From a virus (taxonomy: Duplodnaviria; Caudoviricetes), in IMG/VR virus record IMGVR_UViG_3300021514_000002, positions 288,001-352,000 of that record: a stretch of 64,000 bases of DNA, one strand, 5' to 3'. A program made the position numbers and the translations under genes. Under the pieces are notes generated by a model. The model ran no database searches and was not told where the DNA came from. It saw only the letters and a list, made by a program, of their open reading frames with translations. This document shows, piece by piece, positions 47,409 through 57,101 of this stretch (its first letter is position 1; the number at the start of each line of letters is the position of its first letter).

Positions 47409-49642
47409 TATGCAGGTACGTTAAGTTCGTTAGAAGCAGTTAACACGATAGTTAATGGTGTACCAGTCACGATTGATTGTACAGAAGACTGAACAAACTG
47501 TGCTGTGGTAATACCTAATGCACGTGCAACAACAAAAGTTGTTGTTGATACAACTCTACCACCTTGGATATTTCCGTCAAAATCGTATGAGAAGGCATAA
47601 TCGCCAGCGGATGTTAATCCAGATACTGCTGCTGGGCTACCATTACTATCTACAATAATCGCATCAGGTGTATCAATTGCATGTTCATCAATAGGGAAAC
47701 TGCCTGTTGTGGTTGTAACGATTGTTGTATTATCCCACCGACGGACAGCCCATTGTGAAGTAGAAGTAAGAGCAGTCACTTGATAAACACCATTCATTGC
47801 ACCATCCACTCCTGTCATACCAGAGACACGAACGTAAGCGCCAACGCCTGCATCTAAAGCCGCAGGGAAATTAGCACCAACCGAATCAAATGTACCAACA
47901 GCACCTGTGCCCGCTGTGATAATTAAATCACCAATCGTATTACGAATTGTTCTATCGTAATATAAGTCATAAGTTGCTACTGAGTCACCAATTAATGCAG
48001 TATTGAAATCCAATGTTACGGCAATTGTTTCTGGAAATGCTCTTTGTGTTGCTGTGTTATCAAAGTTTTTAACATTGTTGGCGTCAACAGCATTAATGCC
48101 TGTAATATAAACACCAGAACCACCACCATCAGGATTTGTTGGAATACCTTTACCAGAGATAAGGGTGTCGCCTTCGAATACTAACAAGTCATCCATTGCA
48201 CGACCGATTGCAATATCTGCATCAGAATCAATATCACCTGTGCCGTTACCACCGGTTGAACAAAGCGACCATTGAACAAATTCGTAAACTTGTTGAGCAG
48301 TACCATCATTTGCTGTAATCTGGATACCGAAGTTATATGAACCACCTACATAACCAGGAACTGATTGTGGAGTTGCGTAATAAGTTATTGACATACCATT
48401 ATAGGGTGCAATATCAGCAGCACCATCGGAGTTAGCGTCTATTTCAATATCTGCTACTGAAATTTTAAGATCGATAACATTAGATAATGGAAATTTGAAT
48501 AAACGGTTACCAAGTGTGGTTTCACCAGCCGCCGCTAAGTTAGACGAGTTAAATGTTCTTGCAGCAGTTTCGCCTGATGTAGAACGAATACGAATAGCCG
48601 TGCTAAATGCTGTTCTGTTATCAACTGCAACTTGGGCTAATGGATCAGCTCCAGCAGTATCAAACGCACCACCCGCAAATGTCATCGTTAATGCAGATAC
48701 GGATAAAATTAGATATGTTGCATCATTTGCAGAGGTTGTCGATGCACGCGTTGCCATTGAACCACCAACTTTAAATCCATCATCAATAAATGAACCAGTA
48801 TCACGGGTAACAGAATCAATGAGCGGAGAACCACCAATTACATATGTAAATGTTGAAGGATTGCCAATTTCTTCATAGCAAAGTATAGCTTCATTAACCG
48901 GTCCTGTGAAATCAAAATCGACTGTATCATCAACCGTTGTATCAGTACCAAAACGATAATATGCTTTATCGCCCGTTACTGCCGTTTGGTCAACGAATGT
49001 TCCCAACGTAACAATACCAGCCCACTGAGACAGCACGATGCCATTTGCATCTTGTTCTTCCCAACCAGCTGAACGAATCAACTTACGGGTATTGATTGCA
49101 GGAGAAGTAACATCTCTCCAAGTCCAACCATTTTTATTCTGACCGTCAGTACCAATCTGGTACTTACCAGCATCCGAGTCGATGTCGAACATTGGGAATG
49201 GGAAGGCGTTAAGATAATTATCATCTTTCCACTCTTCTTTTGCGAATTTGTATTTAGCACTAAGTAATGCACCATCGTCAGATAATGCACCTTGTTTGAT
49301 AAGATAAATGTCACGCGCTGCGGTATCATACATGACATTTTTAGCTGCGGTATTTGAATCACCAAGCCATGTTACTGCTTCTGATGCTTGGTTACTTGGA
49401 TTCGCACCACTAATTTTAGTTGCAGTTACGCTTGTAGTTAATGGTGTTCCACCTGTTTCATAATATAAGCCATTATTTTCAGCTTGCGAATGATCGCGGA
49501 TTTCAAAGTATTCGCCCGCTGCGATTGCAGGAAGTCCAGTACCCGTTAAAGTTGTTACTGCACCTGCTGATGCTGTCCATGCTAACGTTTCGGCACTAGG
49601 TGTACCTTGGTTAAGCTCTGATGATAGGGTTACTAATGCCAT
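47408..49642 (-). CDS. Putative virion structural/fibre protein
   Basis: 744 aa, T/G/A/S/D-rich; GAGG RBS; GATAAATA upstream on the minus strand (about 49725-49732). Confidence 0.55.
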   Translation of the reverse strand: MALVTLSSELNQGTPSAETLAWTASAGAVTTLTGTGLPAIAAGEYFEIRDHSQAENNGLYYETGGTPLTTSVTATKISGANPSNQASEAVTWLGDSNTAAKNVMYDTAARDIYLIKQGALSDDGALLSAKYKFAKEEWKDDNYLNAFPFPMFDIDSDAGKYQIGTDGQNKNGWTWRDVTSPAINTRKLIRSAGWEEQDANGIVLSQWAGIVTLGTFVDQTAVTGDKAYYRFGTDTTVDDTVDFDFTGPVNEAILCYEEIGNPSTFTYVIGGSPLIDSVTRDTGSFIDDGFKVGGSMATRASTTSANDATYLILSVSALTMTFAGGAFDTAGADPLAQVAVDNRTAFSTAIRIRSTSGETAARTFNSSNLAAAGETTLGNRLFKFPLSNVIDLKISVADIEIDANSDGAADIAPYNGMSITYYATPQSVPGYVGGSYNFGIQITANDGTAQQVYEFVQWSLCSTGGNGTGDIDSDADIAIGRAMDDLLVFEGDTLISGKGIPTNPDGGGSGVYITGINAVDANNVKNFDNTATQRAFPETIAVTLDFNTALIGDSVATYDLYYDRTIRNTIGDLIITAGTGAVGTFDSVGANFPAALDAGVGAYVRVSGMTGVDGAMNGVYQVTALTSTSQWAVRRWDNTTIVTTTTGSFPIDEHAIDTPDAIIVDSNGSPAAVSGLTSAGDYAFSYDFDGNIQGGRVVSTTTFVVARALGITTAQFVQSSVQSIVTGTPLTIVLTASNELNVPA

Positions 49643-49788
49643 TTGTTTAATTCCTCATTATTGTTTTAATTTTTAACTTATTTATGGGTTTGTCCGCAAT
49701 ATGCACGATATCCATTTAATACTGTATTTATCATAATAAATATCCAACAAGACTAAATATAAAAGATATGTTAAGAGGTTATCGCGAT

Positions 49789-50040
49789 ATGAAAGATTTT
49801 TCACTAATACAACGATTGAATAAAAAAGATGATGTCAAATCTTCGCCGTTGGCGGAAGGCGTTTCTTACCAAAAATACGAATTGGAAGTGGACGGGAAGG
49901 TTCAAGTTGTTAATATTCCTGTAAGGGAAACAGACGCATTTGAAAATACGATAGTTGAAGTAAAAGAACCATTAACACGTAAAACACTAAAACAGATTCT
50001 TAGAGAACATCGCGGCATCCGCGATTATGGAGAAAAATAA
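49789..50040 (+). CDS. Hypothetical late protein
   Basis: GAGG RBS before ATG 49789; TAATG-coupled to the endolysin. Confidence 0.6.
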   Translation: MKDFSLIQRLNKKDDVKSSPLAEGVSYQKYELEVDGKVQVVNIPVRETDAFENTIVEVKEPLTRKTLKQILREHRGIRDYGEK

Positions 50041-50435
50041 TGCCATCATTTGGAAAATCAAGTACAGCGCGCTTAGCAACCTGCCACCCAGACTTACAAA
50101 GACTTTTTAACGAAGTTGTAAAAAACTATGATTGTTCTATTTTACAAGGAATCCGCTCAAAAGAAGAACAAGATGAATATTTCTTTGGTACGCCACAACG
50201 AAGCAAAGTACAATATCCAAACAGTAAACACAATAAAACACCGTCAATGGCAGTGGATGTAGCGCCATACCCTATTGATTGGGACAATACTAATCGTTTT
50301 TATCATTTTGCGGGTTACGTTTTAGCAACCGCCGATCAAATGGGTATTAAAATAAGATTTGGTGGTGATTGGGATTCGGACAAAGATTTTAGCGATCAGA
50401 CGTTTAACGATCTCCCTCATTTTGAATTGGTCTAA
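50040..50435 (+). CDS. Endolysin, L-alanyl-D-glutamate peptidase (M15 family)
   Basis: CHPDL, G.RS.EEQ, SKH...AVD, GGDW, D.PHFEL. Confidence 0.92.
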   Translation: MPSFGKSSTARLATCHPDLQRLFNEVVKNYDCSILQGIRSKEEQDEYFFGTPQRSKVQYPNSKHNKTPSMAVDVAPYPIDWDNTNRFYHFAGYVLATADQMGIKIRFGGDWDSDKDFSDQTFNDLPHFELV

Positions 50436-50515
50436 CATAATATAATAATAAATCCTTTTCGTAAAACAGCCCCCCTAATAAATACAATAAATCTATTATT
50501 TGTTAGGGGTATTAA

Positions 50516-53323
50516 ATGAGAATCAACTTCCGTCAAGGTGTGGCAAGTCATCAAGTAGGTGGCTTTTTACAGGTATCTGGCTCAGACGTAAATATTTTAG
50601 CAGCAGACCGTCCAGTTACTGTCACTCTCGCACACAAAACTACTAATTATACGCATTCGGAAGATAGTTCTGTTACTTCTGCATGGGTTGGTCCATTCAC
50701 GGAAACTAATTATTGGTTATATTGGGATTTTAACTCCCTTACATTTGTTAGAACCTTCGCACATACTATAATTGAACCGATTGCCCAATCAGTAGAACCA
50801 GGTAATGGCAATGCTGCTATAGTGGGTGTTATTCCTGGTGATGCTGGAATTGGAGGATTTACTGTAGATGGATATTTTACGCGACCACAGTATAAACCTT
50901 TTGCTATTGTAGGTTCAACAGGAAACGATGGTAACTATACCGTAAAGAGTATCTCTTACAATCCTTCATTAGGTGAAACTACCATCTACGTATACGAAGA
51001 AGTAACCGATGACACAGTAGATGGTACTGCAACATTAGATATTGATTCATATGGTGTAGCTCTCTATACTGAAGGTCGCCATTGGTTTAATACTACAACA
51101 AATGTACATTCTGTTTTACAAAGTGGTGTGTGGGTGCCTATTATACGTGTATTTGCAGCACAATTAATAAATGCGACAACACTAATTAGCGTAAGCAATG
51201 ATAGTCACGTAGGAATCTTCACAGGTACCCAAATTGGCAATAATGAAAGTGCTGTCTCTGGTCGCGTTTTAATTGACGAATCGACTAATCCTATTCGTAA
51301 AGACGATGGTATATTTTTTACCACAGAAGATCAATTTTTCTCCAATCAATCAAGAGTTGATGCCCTTCGTTTAGAATCTAATGTTACGAAAGCACAATGT
51401 TTAGTAGCTTCACTTTCAGCATTTAGTGTAGTAGCATGGACAGATGATGGTATAGTAGATGCAGCACAATATAGTGACGTAGGAAGTACTGTTATCGGAT
51501 TGCTTGTAGAAAATTTAACCTACCTTGATGTAGGTGCTATTATCGTACAAGGAACAATTACCAATCCACTTTGGGATTGGATAACTGGTGCTACACCAAC
51601 GCCAGTCGGTTCAGCGTTATGGGTTGATAATGGTCTATTAGTTACCATAGATCCGCACAAAAGTGATCCTGTTACGTATCCAATAAAACACGTTCCTGTG
51701 GCTCGTGTTTTAGACAAAGATACTATCATATTTGAACAGGGGCTTGGCGGCGTTGGCCCACAAGGACCAATTGGTAGCCTTTCCAATTTTCCAGTAGCAG
51801 ACACGACAGATATTGGTGGTGTTACACTTCTTACCCCTTCTTCTGATCCATTGCGTGGTTTTGTTATTAGTGATACAGACTCAAGATTGACAAACGCACG
51901 GACACCATTATCACATACGCATAATGCGACAGATATTACTGTACAACCAGGCGGAGGTGTAGTATCAAACAACGTACAAAGTGCCATCGTTGAACTTGGA
52001 AGTGGTAAACTATCGTTAAGTGGTGGTATTATGACAGGTGGTTTAACATTAAGTGGTGCACCAACAGCACAAGGCCATGCAACAACAAAATCATATGTAG
52101 ATAATCTTGTTAATGGTCTTTTATGGTTAGAAGCCATTCATATAGTTAATTTGATTTCCGATACCGTTACGACACCACCCGTATCACCAATAAAAGGCGA
52201 TGCTTATATTATACCAGCTGGTGCAACAGGTGCATGGGCTGGAATAACTGAAGGAAATCTCGTACATTGGATTGAAGGTTCACCTGAATGGATTGATTTA
52301 GGACCAATATCAGCAATTCATCAAACAGAAGAATCTGTTCGGCTTGGTATTGCAATGCGCTCAACAACAACACCAAGTGGTTCCTTTTTAGGAAAGAAAA
52401 ATCAAATAGCAGAATTTGATGGCGATACTGGAGCGTTTATTGGTTTTGAAATTCCTATTGAAAATAATGCAGTTTACGTTGAATCACATGCGTCGGTGTT
52501 CTCATTTGATCAATATGCCTTTGATGGTACAAATTGGATCAGATTCGGTGGTTCTAACCAACCAATCGTTGGTGATGGTACAACTATTGATGTTATAGGT
52601 GGATTGATTGGTGTTATTCCTACAACGTCGGGTGGTCAAACTGACGCATTATATTTAAGCGGAAATGATTTAACCGCATTAGATTTACGATGGTCAGCTA
52701 TTACTCATGCCCATACTGCTTCAGCAATCATCAATGTTCCAGCAGGAACAATCTCAGCCACAAACGTACAAGCTGCAATTAACGAATTAGCTACAGAACA
52801 TGGTGTTGGTATTACAGATAATGCTACTGGTTCTGTTTTAACATTAAGTGATACAACGTCAACGTTTAGTACGTCATTAATAGTTTCCAGTGGTTCACCT
52901 ATATTAGCAGACTTGGGTCCTGGTACAATCAGCGCAGAAGGAATTTATGTAAATGGTGTTGTTGAAGCTATAGTGTTTACTGAAACCCAATTATCAGCCT
53001 CACCAACAACATCTTATGTAGCAGATTTTGCAGCAGGCGCAGTGTTCGAACTTACGATGGGTGGCGACACAACAATAACATTTACGAACGTACCAACAAC
53101 AACTAAAACGTTAACTGCTACCTTCATACTTAAACAAGATGCAATCGCAAGCCCGCTTACGGGTGGTAATCGTGTACCAAGTTTCCCTGCATCTGTAAAA
53201 TGGGATAACGGCACTCTTCCAACATGGGGTACTGCTGCAGGTGATGAAGATATTGTTACTATGTTTACGTACGATGGTGGCACGACTTGGCGCGCAAACT
53301 TAGCAGGACAAAATTATGCTTAA
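50516..53323 (+). CDS. Tail fibre/virion structural protein
   Basis: 935 aa; fibre-like repeats H.H.A..I...P.G.....NVQ.AI.EL (twice), AT..YVD, and a PP.SP..GD.YI..GATGAWAG domain. Confidence 0.7.
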   Translation: MRINFRQGVASHQVGGFLQVSGSDVNILAADRPVTVTLAHKTTNYTHSEDSSVTSAWVGPFTETNYWLYWDFNSLTFVRTFAHTIIEPIAQSVEPGNGNAAIVGVIPGDAGIGGFTVDGYFTRPQYKPFAIVGSTGNDGNYTVKSISYNPSLGETTIYVYEEVTDDTVDGTATLDIDSYGVALYTEGRHWFNTTTNVHSVLQSGVWVPIIRVFAAQLINATTLISVSNDSHVGIFTGTQIGNNESAVSGRVLIDESTNPIRKDDGIFFTTEDQFFSNQSRVDALRLESNVTKAQCLVASLSAFSVVAWTDDGIVDAAQYSDVGSTVIGLLVENLTYLDVGAIIVQGTITNPLWDWITGATPTPVGSALWVDNGLLVTIDPHKSDPVTYPIKHVPVARVLDKDTIIFEQGLGGVGPQGPIGSLSNFPVADTTDIGGVTLLTPSSDPLRGFVISDTDSRLTNARTPLSHTHNATDITVQPGGGVVSNNVQSAIVELGSGKLSLSGGIMTGGLTLSGAPTAQGHATTKSYVDNLVNGLLWLEAIHIVNLISDTVTTPPVSPIKGDAYIIPAGATGAWAGITEGNLVHWIEGSPEWIDLGPISAIHQTEESVRLGIAMRSTTTPSGSFLGKKNQIAEFDGDTGAFIGFEIPIENNAVYVESHASVFSFDQYAFDGTNWIRFGGSNQPIVGDGTTIDVIGGLIGVIPTTSGGQTDALYLSGNDLTALDLRWSAITHAHTASAIINVPAGTISATNVQAAINELATEHGVGITDNATGSVLTLSDTTSTFSTSLIVSSGSPILADLGPGTISAEGIYVNGVVEAIVFTETQLSASPTTSYVADFAAGAVFELTMGGDTTITFTNVPTTTKTLTATFILKQDAIASPLTGGNRVPSFPASVKWDNGTLPTWGTAAGDEDIVTMFTYDGGTTWRANLAGQNYA

Positions 53324-54449
53324 TATTTTACGGTTTGTAGCAGGACATAGAAGAATACAGGGTGCTGAAGTATACGGATTGTGGTTATGGGGGTTAAATA
53401 ATTATGGTCAACTTGGCGATGAAACAATAGTTGATAAAACAACTCCGGTAGAAACAGTCGCAGGCGGAACAGATTGGTCTCAGATTGCTTGTGGATATTA
53501 CCACTCTGGAGCTACTAAGGACGATGGAACGTTATGGGTGTGGGGTCGAGATACACATGGCCAACTTGGTGATAATACTGTCGTATCTAAATCATCACCG
53601 ATTCAAACTGTAGCAGGTGGAACAGATTGGAGTTCTATTTCATGTGGCCAGTTCCATACGGGAGCAATCAAGTCCGATGGTACATTGTGGATGTGGGGAG
53701 ATAATAATGCTGGGATACTTGGTGTGTCGGGTGATGATAGATCATCACCGATTCAAACTGTAGCAGGTGGAACAGATTGGGTACAAGTATCTGCAGGAAC
53801 AGGGCATACTGCCGCAATTAAAACTGATGGAACATTGTGGTCATGGGGACAAAACGGAAAAGGTCAGCTTGGTACAGGTACAACTGGACCTGGTAGTTCA
53901 TCCCCAGTTCAAACAATATCAGGTGGAACAGATTGGGTACATGTATCTTGTGGATCATTTACCACAGGGGCAATCAAAACTGATGGTACATTGTGGTTAT
54001 GGGGCGATGCCTCCGACGGACAATTAGGTGACAACTCAACAGCATCTAAGTCATCCCCAGTTCAAACTGTAGCAGGTGGAACTAATTGGTCTCAAATTGT
54101 TTGCGGATATTACCACACACTCGCAATTAAAACTGATGGAACATTGTGGTCATGGGGAGCAGATTGGTATGGCGCACTTGGTGACAACTCAACAGTATCT
54201 AAGTCATCCCCAGTCCAAACAATATCAGGTGGAACAGATTGGGCAAAGGCTGCGTGTGGATATTCTATTACCGCAGCAATTAAAACCGATGGAACATTAT
54301 GGACATGGGGAGCAGATTGGTACGGACAATTAGGCGATGGTGGCGAAATGGTACATAAATCATCCCCAGTTCAAACTGTAGCAGGTGGAACTAATTGGTT
54401 AGAAGTCGCAGCTGGTGGACAACGGGTTAAGGCAATTGCTGGTATATAG
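53316..54449 (+). CDS. RCC1-repeat beta-propeller protein
   Basis: Seven repeats of the form AIK.DGTLW.WG....GQLG......SSPVQT..GGT.W..V.CG. Confidence 0.93.
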   Translation: MLNILRFVAGHRRIQGAEVYGLWLWGLNNYGQLGDETIVDKTTPVETVAGGTDWSQIACGYYHSGATKDDGTLWVWGRDTHGQLGDNTVVSKSSPIQTVAGGTDWSSISCGQFHTGAIKSDGTLWMWGDNNAGILGVSGDDRSSPIQTVAGGTDWVQVSAGTGHTAAIKTDGTLWSWGQNGKGQLGTGTTGPGSSSPVQTISGGTDWVHVSCGSFTTGAIKTDGTLWLWGDASDGQLGDNSTASKSSPVQTVAGGTNWSQIVCGYYHTLAIKTDGTLWSWGADWYGALGDNSTVSKSSPVQTISGGTDWAKAACGYSITAAIKTDGTLWTWGADWYGQLGDGGEMVHKSSPVQTVAGGTNWLEVAAGGQRVKAIAGI

Positions 54450-54613
54450 ATGGAAATATTTAATGGCATATTGTGGACTGGAATAACGTAGGTACATTAG
54501 GCGGCGAAACAACAATTAATAAATCTGCGCCTGTTCACACAGTAGCTGATGGAACAAATAGGACACAAATCAAATGCGGTCAATATTCCCATATGTCCAC
54601 TATTAAATCATAG
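54450..54613 (+). pseudogene. Degenerate RCC1 repeat remnant
   Basis: GILWT, then frameshift to WNNVGTLGGETTINKSAPVHTVADGTNRTQIKCGQYSHMSTIKS*. Confidence 0.65.
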
Positions 54614-54690
54614 ATTTGTTGATATATTAACAAACCATTTCATATTTTACGATAATAAATACTCTCATACTATAAACATATGAGGATATT

Positions 54691-55464
54691 ATGAAACAAT
54701 ATTATTTTATTTCAGGCTTACCACGTTCTGGTACCACTCTTCTTTCAACAATACTAAACCAAAACCCAAAATTCCAAGCATCTATATCTGGACCGCTTGC
54801 AAGATTTTCACGTGCGATTATTGATCAATCATCTGCTATGTCAGGTTATCGCCACCAATGCCCCGCAGAAAAACGGGAAAATATAATCAAAGGAATATTT
54901 GATAATTACTATGATGACCCTAAAAAGGAAGTATTCTTTGATACAAACAGAGGATGGGGGTTACTTCTTCCATTATTAAAACAATTATATCCTTATACGA
55001 AAATTATAATGTGCGTACGAGATATTAATTGGGTACTTGATTCGTTTGAAAACTTATACAGAAAAAATCCACTTGATAAAAATTTAATGATACCAGACGA
55101 GTATGCGACATCTGTTTATTCCCGTTGCGATTATTTAATGGGCGAGGATAAGACTATTGGGTTTGCTTACCTTGCGTTAAAACAAGCGATTACTTCTAAA
55201 GAGAAGAATATGATCATGCTTGTTGAATATGAGCAGCTTTGTAAAAATCCAGAAGGAATGATGTCAGCAATTTACAATTTTATTGATCAACCACAATATG
55301 AGCACGATTTCAACAACGTGGAATCATCTTATGATGAGTTTGATGCCGATGTTAATGTTAAAGGATTGCATACTACAAGAAAGAAAGTAGAATGGATTGA
55401 ACGAGAAATGATCTTACCACCTGATATCCAGAACAAGTTTGCGAATATGGAAGTATGGCGGTAA
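54691..55464 (+). CDS. Sulfotransferase-family protein
   Basis: SGLPRSGTTLL (5'-PSB loop), KII..VRD (3'-PB), VEYEQL..NP. Confidence 0.85.
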   Translation: MKQYYFISGLPRSGTTLLSTILNQNPKFQASISGPLARFSRAIIDQSSAMSGYRHQCPAEKRENIIKGIFDNYYDDPKKEVFFDTNRGWGLLLPLLKQLYPYTKIIMCVRDINWVLDSFENLYRKNPLDKNLMIPDEYATSVYSRCDYLMGEDKTIGFAYLALKQAITSKEKNMIMLVEYEQLCKNPEGMMSAIYNFIDQPQYEHDFNNVESSYDEFDADVNVKGLHTTRKKVEWIEREMILPPDIQNKFANMEVWR

Positions 55465-55823
55465 CATTTAAACCCTGTGGTGAATGTACGGCTTGTTGTA
55501 CAGGAATATTAGCTGGCAATATATATGGCAATATTTTTAATAAAAATAAACAATGCGTATTTTTAGTTGAACAGGAATGTGCAATATACGAAACAAGGCC
55601 AGATACTTGTAGAAACTATCAATGTGCTTGGTCACAGGGATTATTCCCAGACTGGATGAAGCCAACAGAATGCAATGTAATCATATCTGTTGAAAATAAA
55701 AATAAAAAACAATACTTAAAAGCTGTATCTCTAACAAACGAAAAAATTAGTACAGAAATTACAACATTCTTAGATGAATGGACAAAAGAAAATAATACAT
55801 ATTATACGGTGGTAGAAAAATGA
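55455..55823 (+). CDS. YkgJ-like CxxCxxCC metal-binding protein
   Basis: CGECTACC...C.FL....C.IYETRPDTCRNYQCAW. Confidence 0.8.
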   Translation: MAVTFKPCGECTACCTGILAGNIYGNIFNKNKQCVFLVEQECAIYETRPDTCRNYQCAWSQGLFPDWMKPTECNVIISVENKNKKQYLKAVSLTNEKISTEITTFLDEWTKENNTYYTVVEK

Positions 55824-55845
55824 AAATTAATATTGGTGGCGGTTA

Positions 55846-56553
55846 ATGATTGCTTCATATGTATATAAGATTATTAATAATCACACAGGCGAATTTTATA
55901 TTGGATCAAGGTACCAAAACGTAAAATTTAACAGATCTCCTGAAGAGGATCTTCTTGTACATTATTGTACATCTGGTAAATTATCTAAAAATATAAAAGA
56001 AAACGTGTCTGATTATATTGGACTTGTATTATTTAACATGAATGACAATGATGTAGTGTTTTGGTATGAACAACTTTTAATTAAAGAGAATATTAAAAAT
56101 CCTCTTTGTAAAAACGAAAATTACATAGATCCAGATAAAAATATCAAAGTGTTTTCATCGACAGGAGTAAAAAGATCTGAAAGCACAAAACAAAAAATGA
56201 GAAAACCCAAATCCGAAGCGCATAAAAGAAATATGTCTGCTGCTAGGACAGGAACTACTAGAACCCAAGAAACAAAAGATAAATTATCTAAATTCCATAT
56301 GGGGTTAAAAGCTAGTGCTGAAACAAGAAAGAAAATGTCCGATACACGAAAAGGTATACCACAACACCCCAATACAAGAATAGCTCTAGCAAAAGTTCAC
56401 AACGGGCGAAAAAATACAGAATCATCTAAAGAACGAATGTCGTTGGCAGCAAAAAATAAACCAAAAGTAATGTGTCCATACTGCGTGAAAATGGGAAATA
56501 TTAGTATAATGAAGAGATGGCATTTTGATAATTGTAAGAGGAAAAATAAATGA
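55846..56553 (+). mobile_element. Free-standing GIY-YIG homing endonuclease with NUMOD3-type repeats
   Basis: YVYKIIN..TGEFYIGSR; repeated SE.TK.KMS, HK..MS motifs; C-terminal CPYC..WHFDNC. Confidence 0.88.
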
Positions 56554-57101
56554 GTAAATTAAAATTAAACATTGGGTCTGGGTATAAACGATATGAAGGG
56601 TTTTTAAATGTAGATTTTGATACAATGACAAACCCCGATTATGTGGTTGAATTGGGAGTTGACAAATTTCCTTTTGAAGATTCAACCGTTAGCGAGGTTC
56701 GTGCCTATCATATTTTAGAACACATCGGGGAACCATTTTTTGCATTGATGCAAGAGTTATATCGTATATGTGATAATGGAGCAATTCTTGATATTCAAGT
56801 TCCTCATCATCGTCATGAAATATTCTTTGGCGATGCTTCTCATATTAGACCAATTACTGTTGAAATGATGAGACAGTTCAGCAAGAAGTATAATGAGTAT
56901 CACATTGAGCAGTTCAATTCAAGTTCTGGATTTGGGTTGCGATTAGAGGTTGATTTTGAAATTATTGAATTTAATTTTATACCAGATGATATTTGGAAAA
57001 AGAGATTTGAAACTATGTCACAAGAAGAGATTCAAGAAGTATCAATGAATTTTAATAATGTATATGGTGAAACCCATATTAAATTAGCAGCTATTAAATG
57101 A
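56550..57101 (+). CDS. Class I SAM-dependent methyltransferase-like protein
   Basis: LNIGSG, NVD, FPFED.TV, HILEH..E..R, VP. Confidence 0.85.
   Translation: MSKLKLNIGSGYKRYEGFLNVDFDTMTNPDYVVELGVDKFPFEDSTVSEVRAYHILEHIGEPFFALMQELYRICDNGAILDIQVPHHRHEIFFGDASHIRPITVEMMRQFSKKYNEYHIEQFNSSSGFGLRLEVDFEIIEFNFIPDDIWKKRFETMSQEEIQEVSMNFNNVYGETHIKLAAIK

Noticed and set aside
45710-52137. Long antisense ORFs such as 45710..46234 (174 aa) and 51520..52137 (205 aa)
   Set aside because: They are opposite-strand shadows of T/G/V-rich structural genes, with no RBS or motifs.
53316-54449. RCC1 DNA repeats as a diversity-generating retroelement template/variable pair
   Set aside because: No reverse transcriptase is present in the window, and no adenine-specific mismatch pattern was evident.
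55820-56553. Group I intron splitting the methyltransferase (MKINIGGG as exon 1)
   Set aside because: There is no non-coding space for a ribozyme core around the GIY-YIG ORF, and the downstream gene has its own complete N-terminus.
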